From Candidatus Eiseniibacteriota bacterium (GTDB lineage: Bacteria > Eisenbacteria > RBG-16-71-46 > JACRLI01), in contig JANXVU010000073.1 of the NCBI GenBank assembly GCA_025351485.1, forward strand, positions 9,216 to 73,215: a stretch of DNA of 64,000 nucleotides. Reading direction: 5' to 3'. This document shows, piece after piece, positions 29,958-37,538 of this stretch. Positions within the stretch are counted from its first letter, which is position 1, and the number at the start of each line of letters is the position of its first letter. The translations under genes and the position numbers were made by a program. The notes beneath the pieces were generated by a model that worked only from the letters and a program-made list of their open reading frames with translations, made no database searches and had not been told where the DNA came from.

Positions 29958-30661
29958 CGCAGCTCCACCGCCGGTGGCAGGTAGGGCCTCGGCCTGTAAC
30001 CGACCAGGCGCTCCCGCACCCACTCGCGCATCTGCGACTGCTGTTGCTCGATGGGCTGCGAGGCGTCCAGCACGGTGAGTCCATACTCCGAGGCGATGCG
30101 GTCGTACTCGGTCAGGATGCGCCCCTGGAACTCCCGGAATCCGTCGTTGGGATCGTCCGACAGGCCCATGTCCATGCCCGCCTCGTGGTACTTGATGGCC
30201 TTGCGGCCGTTCAGGATCCGGCGCAGCGCCACGTCGATGGGGACCCGGAAGTAGAAGGCGATGTCCGGCTTGACCGCGAACCCGTACATGTCGCGCACCC
30301 AGTCGCGGTGCACGCCGCGCACCACGTCCCGGGAAAAGGCGGTGTAGATGTAGCGGTCGGCCAGCACGATCATGCCCGCCTTGAGCGGCGGAATAATCAG
30401 GTGCGTGAGGCGGTCCGCGAAGTCGGTGGCGTGCAGCACGCTGAACGTGGTGGGGGTCAGCAGGTCCTTCTTCTTGCCCCGCTTGATGGTCGAGTTCACC
30501 AGCGCCGAGGAATTCCACTCGGTGAAGAACACCTGGTGGCCCAGGCTGACCAGCCACTTTTGCAGCAACTGGAGCTGGGTGGACTTGCCCGAACCGTCGA
30601 TGCCCTCCACGATGATGAGGCGGCCGGAGTAGGGGTGAGGCACGTCAAAAGTGCGCGGCAC
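29954..30661 (-). CDS. Thymidylate-kinase-like protein A
   Basis: VEGIDGSGKSTQ, TEWNSS, HATDFADR, LADRY, YHEAGMD. Confidence 0.9.
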   Translation of the reverse strand: MPRTFDVPHPYSGRLIIVEGIDGSGKSTQLQLLQKWLVSLGHQVFFTEWNSSALVNSTIKRGKKKDLLTPTTFSVLHATDFADRLTHLIIPPLKAGMIVLADRYIYTAFSRDVVRGVHRDWVRDMYGFAVKPDIAFYFRVPIDVALRRILNGRKAIKYHEAGMDMGLSDDPNDGFREFQGRILTEYDRIASEYGLTVLDASQPIEQQQSQMREWVRERLVGYRPRPYLPPAVELR

Positions 30662-30674
30662 GGGTTCCTCTTCC

Positions 30675-31178
30675 TCAGCGGCGCGGTGCGAGCGCGCGCA
30701 ACTCTCTTGGGGTGAGATGCCAGATCAGCTTTCCGGGGCGCTCCAACGGCACGGATGAGACGTGGATCCGGCAGCAACCGCCCTTGCGAAACTCGAGGAC
30801 CGAATCCTCGGCCCCCAGCAGGGAAGAGGCGAAGAAACCCAGCGCCGGTTCGTGCCCCACCAGCATCACCCGGCTCGCTCCGCCCTGGGCACGCAGGGCT
30901 TCGTAGATCTCGCGTTCCGGGGCCCCGGGCATCAGGGCCTCGCACAATTGCACCGAGTCCTCGCACTCCATGGCCTGCGACACCAGGCGCGCCGTGTGGT
31001 GCGCGCGCACCAGCGGGCTGGACAGGATCGAGTCCAGGCGCGGCACGATGCGCGCCAGGCCGAGCGATGCGCGCATCATTCTCTTGATCCCCTCGTCGGT
31101 GAGCGGCCGGTCGTCGTTCGGATATCCCGGCGTGCCCCGGGGCACGGCGATGGCATGGCGGAGCAGGTAAATCTGCAT
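30675..31178 (-). CDS. sixA: Phosphohistidine phosphatase SixA
   Basis: LLRHAIA, DRPLT..G, SSPLVRA..TA, LVGHEP. Confidence 0.92.
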   Translation of the reverse strand: MQIYLLRHAIAVPRGTPGYPNDDRPLTDEGIKRMMRASLGLARIVPRLDSILSSPLVRAHHTARLVSQAMECEDSVQLCEALMPGAPEREIYEALRAQGGASRVMLVGHEPALGFFASSLLGAEDSVLEFRKGGCCRIHVSSVPLERPGKLIWHLTPRELRALAPRR

Positions 31179-31269
31179 TGGCGGTCTCGCTTGAGCTGGG
31201 GCCTTCGAGGCAGTTCCACCGTCAATTTCCGCGCTCCCGATAGTGTATCAACCGGGGCCGGGGATGGTT

Positions 31270-31286
31270 GTTACAGGGCGGTTAAT
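31270..31286 (+). promoter_or_regulatory. Putative Pho box in the sixA / beta-helix divergent region
   Basis: GTTACAgggcg GTTAAT direct repeat with an 11-bp period, similar to the repeat at 10516. Confidence 0.5.
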
Positions 31287-31337
31287 TCCCTGATTCTCGC
31301 ATGTTTCCTACCCGGGCCACAAATTCACCCCCACGAA

Positions 31338-31720
31338 ACCTGCCGTCCATCACGGCGACAAGCTTCCTGCCTATTCTCCACTCCGGTTCTGGAACAACGA
31401 CTCCGCGCTTCCTGGCTCATGGCCGGGGCGCCGTCACCGCTGACCGATAGCCTTGCGCGCCGGATCGCTCACCGGGGGTGCAGCTGGCGGGACCCAGGCG
31501 TGTGGCCGGGGGTGTGGAGTCAGTCCTTCAGGGAGCGGCCGTGGCGGGCAGCATGCAAGGGAACGACCTCCGTCGATCCCGCCACGTGCCAGGCTCAGCG
31601 GTCAGGCAACGCCGCTCCCGACCTATCTTGGAGGCGCCCGGAAGCCGGGCGCGTCAGGGCTGGCCCCCTGGTCGCGCGCCGAAAGGTCCGGGTCGCCCCA
31701 GGTCGTGCAGCACGGCAGGT
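31338..31720 (+). ncRNA. Candidate large structured RNA or 5' leader of unknown family
   Basis: Nested complementary segments: ACCTGCCGT/ACGGCAGGT, GACTCC/GGAGTC plus extended G-U stem, GGGAGCGGC/GCCGCTCCC, CGTGGCGGG/CCCGCCACG, GCGCCCGG/CCGGGCGC, GAAA tetraloop. Confidence 0.55.
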
Positions 31721-31831
31721 CACGAATCAAGGGAAGAACCCATCAAGCACACACGCCGACCTCAGTCTTTGAAACTCGCGGCACGCTCACTCAGGCCAAT
31801 TGAAGAAAACGACATCTACAGGGGAGGCACA

Positions 31832-33682
31832 ATGCAGTTTGTTTCCAATACTCCAGGTCGGAATGCGCTGTTCGGGGCCCTGGTCGCGGTAAGTATCACC
31901 GCCATCGGATTCGGCGCCGCGTCCGCGCAAACATACCCGGTCGGGTATCCGAACGGCCTTTCGCTCGATGGGAACATCTTCTGGGGCAGCGGCGCCAACA
32001 CCAGCCTGGCCAGCCAGGCCACCGGCAAGCCGTCCAAGGCGCTGCCGGACACAGCTTTCAACGGGTGCGGTTTTGGATACGACGCCGCCTACCTTCTCGG
32101 CACCGAATACACGCACAACCTGTGGGTTGATCCGCTGATCACTTCGCAGGTGGCGTGGCCCAACGGCGCCCCGAACTTCCAGCCCCCCCTGGGTAGCCCG
32201 GCCTACACGCAGGCGATCAAGGTGCCGGCCGGCGACTCCTTCTTCGAGCAGACCTGCTACGTCGGAGCGGTCGGCCCCAATTCCACCGACAAGTGGTGGC
32301 TGGGCTGGACCTACTTCGACTCGACCGGCGCCGGTCGTGACGACCTGCACCTGCCGGGCATGACCAACCCGCGCCCGAGCGTGGTGTACGACAACGTGAT
32401 CCAGATGTCGAACACGACCTGGGGCCCCGACTCCAACCACGTCCTTCGGGGCCAGTACCGTGTGGCCGGTGGCGCGAACCTGACCGTGCTCCCGGGCACC
32501 GTGATCATCGAGGAGCGCGCGACGCTCGGCACGCTCCGGATCGAACGCGGCTCGAAGATCTTTGCCGAGGGCACGCGGGACTCGGTGATCATCATCACCG
32601 ACGACGACGCTCCGGGCACCATGCACACCGGTGGCTGCGGCGGCATCGTGATCAACGGGCGCGCCAAGATCAACAACGCCAATTCGTGCGCGGGCGACTC
32701 GGCCGCGTCCGAAGGCGGCGCGATCGGATTCTACGGCGGCAACGACGACCACGACAGCTCGGGCCGGCTCAAATATGTCCGCATCGAGTACGCGGGCAAG
32801 GAGATCACTCCGAACAACGAGCTGAACTCCTGGACCAACAACGGCCTCGGCGACGGCACCTACGAGGAATACCTTCAGGCGCACCAGGGGGCCGACGACG
32901 GCTGGGAAGCGTTCGGCGGAACCGTGCGCGTCAAGCACCTGGTCTGCACCGACGGCCACGACGACGGCTACGACTGGCAGCAGGGCTACCGGGGCGGCGC
33001 GCAGTTCGTGATCGTGCGCGGCATCGCGGACCTGGCCCCGTCGGGCACCCAGTTCGGCGACAAGGGCATCGAGGCCGACAACAACGACGTCGCTCCGTTC
33101 AACCAGGACCTGTGGGCCCACGCGTGCTCGGGCCAGGCCAACCCGGTCGTGTACAACGCGACCTTCGTTGGCGACCGCAGCCGTTCCGGCGCGACCTACC
33201 CCGGATCGACGTTCGGAATCAACCTGCGCCGGGGAACGGCGGGAGTGGTGATGAACTCCATCACGACCAACTTCAAGACCTGGGGCCTGAAGATCGACGA
33301 CGACGTGACCTGGAAGGCGCACTGCCTGGCGGTGGGCGGCCTCAACGGCGCCGGTCCGCTGTTCAAGCCGGGCCTGTACTGTGGCCCGGGCGTGGGCGGC
33401 GTGGGCGTTCCTGCGAACAAGGTGATGCCGGCGAGCAGTTCGCCGAACCCGTTCCGCAAGAACGTGAACGTCACCTTCTCGCTCCGCGAGGCCGGACGCG
33501 CGCTGGTCCAGGTCCTGTCGGCGGAAGGCCGGGTGGTCTCGACGATTGCCAACGGCCAGTTCGCGGCCGGACAGCATGTCGCGAACTGGAACCCCTCGCC
33601 GGGCACGCCGGCGGGTGTCTACTTCTACAAGGTGCTGGCGGGCAAGAACCAGTCCACCGGCAAGATGATGCGCCTGCAGTAA
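31832..33682 (+). CDS. Secreted pectin-lyase-like beta-helix protein with C-terminal FlgD/T9SS-like domain
   Basis: ATG after GGGGAGG; signal peptide; YGGNDDHDSSGRLKYVRIEYAG, DDGWEAFGGTV, GIEADNN; PNPF...AGVYFYKV tail. Confidence 0.85.
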   Translation: MQFVSNTPGRNALFGALVAVSITAIGFGAASAQTYPVGYPNGLSLDGNIFWGSGANTSLASQATGKPSKALPDTAFNGCGFGYDAAYLLGTEYTHNLWVDPLITSQVAWPNGAPNFQPPLGSPAYTQAIKVPAGDSFFEQTCYVGAVGPNSTDKWWLGWTYFDSTGAGRDDLHLPGMTNPRPSVVYDNVIQMSNTTWGPDSNHVLRGQYRVAGGANLTVLPGTVIIEERATLGTLRIERGSKIFAEGTRDSVIIITDDDAPGTMHTGGCGGIVINGRAKINNANSCAGDSAASEGGAIGFYGGNDDHDSSGRLKYVRIEYAGKEITPNNELNSWTNNGLGDGTYEEYLQAHQGADDGWEAFGGTVRVKHLVCTDGHDDGYDWQQGYRGGAQFVIVRGIADLAPSGTQFGDKGIEADNNDVAPFNQDLWAHACSGQANPVVYNATFVGDRSRSGATYPGSTFGINLRRGTAGVVMNSITTNFKTWGLKIDDDVTWKAHCLAVGGLNGAGPLFKPGLYCGPGVGGVGVPANKVMPASSSPNPFRKNVNVTFSLREAGRALVQVLSAEGRVVSTIANGQFAAGQHVANWNPSPGTPAGVYFYKVLAGKNQSTGKMMRLQ

Positions 33683-33696
33683 TTCCAAGCAATCGA

Positions 33697-33748
33697 TTCC
33701 ACGCGACCGGTCCGGCAGCCACGCTGTCGGGCCGGTCGTGCGTGGGAT
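33697..33748 (+). other. Long intergenic stem-loop without U-tract
   Basis: CGACCGGTCCGGCAGC-CAC-GCTGTCGGGCCGGTCG, 16 bp including G-U pairs. Confidence 0.6.
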
Positions 33749-33807
33749 TCCCAGTATAGGAAGCGCTCACGAAACTCTGTTCACGGTCTTTCAATCGGGT
33801 GGGACGA

Positions 33808-36624
33808 ATGGCAAATACCAATCACGGGGTGAGCCGGCGAGTCTTCTTGCCGGCGCTTGTCCTTTTCTGCCTTGCCGCATTGGCTTCATCGGCCGCCTGC
33901 GGAGCCGCGCGCAACGGAAAGATCCAGGGACACGTCGTTGCGACCGACACCGGGGAACCCATCGGGTCCGCCAGCGTCGTGCTCCTGCCCGAGGACTCCA
34001 CGGCGAAGAAGATCGGGATGGCCGCGAACCTGGACGGGTCATTCCTGCTCGAAGCCCCTCCCGGCAACTACGTCCTGCAGGTGAGCGCCCTCTCGTATGC
34101 CCGGAAGCGCATCCAGGGCATTCAGATCGAGGCCGGCAAGCTCGTGGCAATGAACACCACCCTCGCTCCTCAACTGCTGAAGATTGCCGAGACGGTGGTC
34201 GAGGCCAAGGCGATGCAGAACAACGAGGCCTCCATGCTGGTGGCCCGCCGGAAGGCAACCACGGTGGGCGATGCCGTGAGCTCCGAGCAGATGCGCCGGG
34301 CGCCGGACAAGAATGCGGGCGATGTATTGAGGCGCGTGACCGGTCTCTCGGTATCCGACGGCAAGTTCGTGTTTGTCCGCGGCCTCGGGGAGCGCTACAG
34401 CTCCACGGAGGTGGACGGCGTGCGCATCGCCAGCCCCGAGCAGAACAAGCGGGTGGTGCCGATGGACTTGTTTCCAGCTGCGCTGCTCGACAACATCGTG
34501 GTGCAGAAGACGTATACGGCGGACCGCTCCGGGGAGTTCGGAGGCGGCGACGTCCAGCTGAAGACCAAGGATTTCCCCGGCGACCGGGTGTGGGCGTTCT
34601 CGGCATCGCAGGGCATCCACGCCGGCCTGACCTTCAAGGACCGGCTGACCTACGCCTCGAGCAGCGCGGACTTCTGGGGATTCGGGGCCGATTCCCGCGG
34701 GCTTCCCGGCATCGTGAACCAGATCGCAGGCAACCGGCCGCTCACGGAAGGAGGGGGCCTGGGCTTCCCGGGCTCCACCCTCAAGAGCGTCGAGAAGCAG
34801 TTCTCGAACGTGTGGACCCCGACCCGCGCGCGCGCGCTCCCGAGCGGAAGCTACTCCCTGACCTACGGGGACCAGTTCCAGCTGCTGGGACGCCAGCTCG
34901 GATTCGTCCAGGCCTGGAGCTTCTCCCGCTCCTTCGACCAGCGCGACGAGACCTTCCGGCTGCCCAATACCGCCGAGGGCCAGGCGGTGGCCATTCGGAA
35001 CGACTACAACATCCAGCGCTATACCGCATCGTCCCAGCTGGGCGCGAATGCTTCGCTGAGTTATCGCCTATCCCCGGGGTCCCAGGTGCACCTGCGGGGG
35101 TTCTACACCAACAGCGCGGACGACGAAGTGCGCAAGTACGACGGGCTGGACAACTCCAGCGGCGACCCGAAGTACCTGCGCAGCACCCGGTTGATGTACG
35201 TGCAGCGCGACGTGCTCTCGGGCGCGATCGAGGGGCAAAATGAGTTCCCCGGGCTGCTGAACTCGAAATTCGACTGGAGGCTGAACCGCTCCAACGCGCG
35301 CCGCCGTCAGCCCGACCGCCGTGAGAGCACCTACCAGCGCGTTCCGACCGACGACTCCGATCCCAGTTCCGGCTATTGGGGCCTCACCGTGGGACGCCGC
35401 GAATACGGAGACCTCAAGGACGACAACCGGGGCACGATGCTCAAGGGTTCGGTGCCCTACCAGCTCGGCGCGCTCGGCGCGGGCAGGATCTCCGCCGGGT
35501 ATGACCGCCAGACCAAGGACCGCCGGAACTACTACCGTCGTTTCAACTTCGTCCCAGGCCAGTTTGGACAGGACGCCCCGCCCGAGTCGGTGTACGACAA
35601 GGTCGACGAGGCCACGCTGCCGCAGGACAATTACGACGCGACCCAGAAGGTGCAGTCGGTGTTCGTGAGCGTCGATATCCCGATGGGCGGGCGCCTGCGG
35701 GGCAACTTCGGGATCCGACGCGAGGAAGGGGAGCAGGACGTGGTGAGCCGCGACCTGTTCAACACCTCGATCGTCACGTCCGAGGGAAAACTCTCCAACA
35801 CCGACTGGCTGGCCGGCGCCAATCTCAACTGGTCGGTCGTTGAAAACGTCAATGTGCGGGCGGCCGCGAGCCGGACGCTATCGCGCCCCGACCTGGACGA
35901 GCTGTCACCGCGCCCGACGCTCGACTACGTGGGAGACTATCAGCGGCTGGGCAATCCCAACCTCAAGCGGGCCAGGATCGAGAACTATGACCTGCGCCTG
36001 GAGGGATTTCCGAGCGCCTCCGAGGTGCTGGCCGCCGGCGTGTTCCTGAAGCGGCTCTATGACCCGATCGAAAACACCGTGCGCGGGGCGAGCAGCGGTT
36101 TCGTGCTGATCCCCGAGAATTCGGCCAATGGCCGGAACATCGGGGCCGAATTCGAACTGCGCGTCAACCTGGGCCGCCTGAGCCCGGCGCTCAAGGCGTT
36201 CTCGATCAACTCCAACCTCTCGGTCATCTCGTCCAAGGTGAAGCTCAAAGACTCCCCGACCAGGATCGGATCACAGGAGCACCCGCTCCAGGGCCAGGCG
36301 GACCACGTGTTCAACGCCGCCCTGACGTATCAGTCGCCGGGATCGGGGTTCGAGGCCTCGGTGCTGGTTTCCGCGGTCGGCAGCCGGCTGGTGGCCCTGA
36401 GCAACGCCGCGCAGGGGATCCCGGACCACTATGACCCGGGCAACACTTCGCTCGACGCCACGCTCGGGTTCGCCATGTTCAGGGGCGGGCGGCTCAAGCT
36501 CGGCGCGACCAATCTCCTGGACCAGGGAGTGCGGGAGCTCATCGGCACATTCGTATCTCGCTCCTACCGCGACGGGCGCTCCTTCTCCGTCGCCTACTCC
36601 TACGGCTCCGGTGGGGCACGATGA
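33808..36624 (+). CDS. TonB-dependent receptor with N-terminal carboxypeptidase-regulatory-like domain
   Basis: LRRVTGLSV...VFVRGLGERY plug, VPMDLFP, GEFGGG, GNPNLK...NYDLR.E.FP. Confidence 0.93.
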   Translation: MANTNHGVSRRVFLPALVLFCLAALASSAACGAARNGKIQGHVVATDTGEPIGSASVVLLPEDSTAKKIGMAANLDGSFLLEAPPGNYVLQVSALSYARKRIQGIQIEAGKLVAMNTTLAPQLLKIAETVVEAKAMQNNEASMLVARRKATTVGDAVSSEQMRRAPDKNAGDVLRRVTGLSVSDGKFVFVRGLGERYSSTEVDGVRIASPEQNKRVVPMDLFPAALLDNIVVQKTYTADRSGEFGGGDVQLKTKDFPGDRVWAFSASQGIHAGLTFKDRLTYASSSADFWGFGADSRGLPGIVNQIAGNRPLTEGGGLGFPGSTLKSVEKQFSNVWTPTRARALPSGSYSLTYGDQFQLLGRQLGFVQAWSFSRSFDQRDETFRLPNTAEGQAVAIRNDYNIQRYTASSQLGANASLSYRLSPGSQVHLRGFYTNSADDEVRKYDGLDNSSGDPKYLRSTRLMYVQRDVLSGAIEGQNEFPGLLNSKFDWRLNRSNARRRQPDRRESTYQRVPTDDSDPSSGYWGLTVGRREYGDLKDDNRGTMLKGSVPYQLGALGAGRISAGYDRQTKDRRNYYRRFNFVPGQFGQDAPPESVYDKVDEATLPQDNYDATQKVQSVFVSVDIPMGGRLRGNFGIRREEGEQDVVSRDLFNTSIVTSEGKLSNTDWLAGANLNWSVVENVNVRAAASRTLSRPDLDELSPRPTLDYVGDYQRLGNPNLKRARIENYDLRLEGFPSASEVLAAGVFLKRLYDPIENTVRGASSGFVLIPENSANGRNIGAEFELRVNLGRLSPALKAFSINSNLSVISSKVKLKDSPTRIGSQEHPLQGQADHVFNAALTYQSPGSGFEASVLVSAVGSRLVALSNAAQGIPDHYDPGNTSLDATLGFAMFRGGRLKLGATNLLDQGVRELIGTFVSRSYRDGRSFSVAYSYGSGGAR

Positions 36625-37274
36625 AGTACCGCCTGCCCCGGAGCCCAGCGGTGTTCGCGGTGCTTTCCACCGTTCTCGCGCTCGCGGTCTTCGGCGGGCC
36701 GGCGTCGGCCAGGGTGGCCGCGAAGGCCGCCACGGACTCGGCCAAGGTCGCGCCGGACGTCCGGAACTCGCCGGGTTACGTACCGCTCCACGACCCGGAT
36801 TCGCTCGACGAGGCGCTGGGCCGCCGGGCGAATGCGCCGCTGGTTGAAATGGAGTTCCACGCCGGCGCGCGGAGCCTGAGGGAACTGGGCGCGGAGGTGT
36901 GCCACGCGCTCCACACCGGCGTGCCGAACGCCATGCTGGACCTGTGCGTAAAGTCGGATGAATTCCGCGTGATCCTGTGGCCGGAGTTTCCGCAGAGCCG
37001 TCCCGCGACGGGGCTCCGATGGGACGACGCCTGGATGATCCTCTACGGCCGGCTGAACGGAGGCTCCGTCTCGGCGGTGCGCGACTACGAGGATCACCGC
37101 TGGAAGTTTCTGAGGATCAAGTACTTAAAGGTCGTTTCGTACCGGAATTTCAAGCTCTACAACAACATCGTGATCACGGCGAAGAGCGACGCGGGAAAGC
37201 TCGAGCAGTTCACCTTCATCCGTTCGGTCGCGGAGCGCGCGGGGCGTTTCCAGATCTACAGCATGCGCGACTAG
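36621..37274 (+). CDS. Secreted hypothetical protein coupled to the TonB-dependent receptor
   Basis: ATGA overlap; signal peptide ending PASA; no recognised domain. Confidence 0.75.
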   Translation: MKYRLPRSPAVFAVLSTVLALAVFGGPASARVAAKAATDSAKVAPDVRNSPGYVPLHDPDSLDEALGRRANAPLVEMEFHAGARSLRELGAEVCHALHTGVPNAMLDLCVKSDEFRVILWPEFPQSRPATGLRWDDAWMILYGRLNGGSVSAVRDYEDHRWKFLRIKYLKVVSYRNFKLYNNIVITAKSDAGKLEQFTFIRSVAERAGRFQIYSMRD

Positions 37275-37538
37275 GGGGTCTCCGCAGGACCCCGGGTAGG
37301 CGCCACGCCCACCCCGCGAAGACTCCCACGGCCCTTCCCACGGCCCGCGGCCGCGCGTTGCTCTGAAGGCCCCTCTGTGCTAACGTTTTCATTCCAAAGC
37401 TGAATCTTCATCCGGGAGGCGCCAGGCATCCCCGCCCGGCGCTCCCACCCGTCGCTTCGGGGGCGGGACCAGAAGGCCCACGTGCGATGACGGCGTGAAC
37501 GTTCCGGCCCCTCCGCCCCAGGGCTCTGGAGGTGCGTC

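Noticed and set aside
31678..31697. GAAAGGTCCGGG resemblance to RNase P RNA
   Set aside because: It does not match GAGGAAAGTCC and the other conserved RNase P blocks were not found.
30762..31803. ORFs across the sixA / beta-helix gap, including the 31478 extension
   Set aside because: Arg/Pro/Gly-rich with no SD or motifs; the strong SD and signal peptide place the start at 31832.
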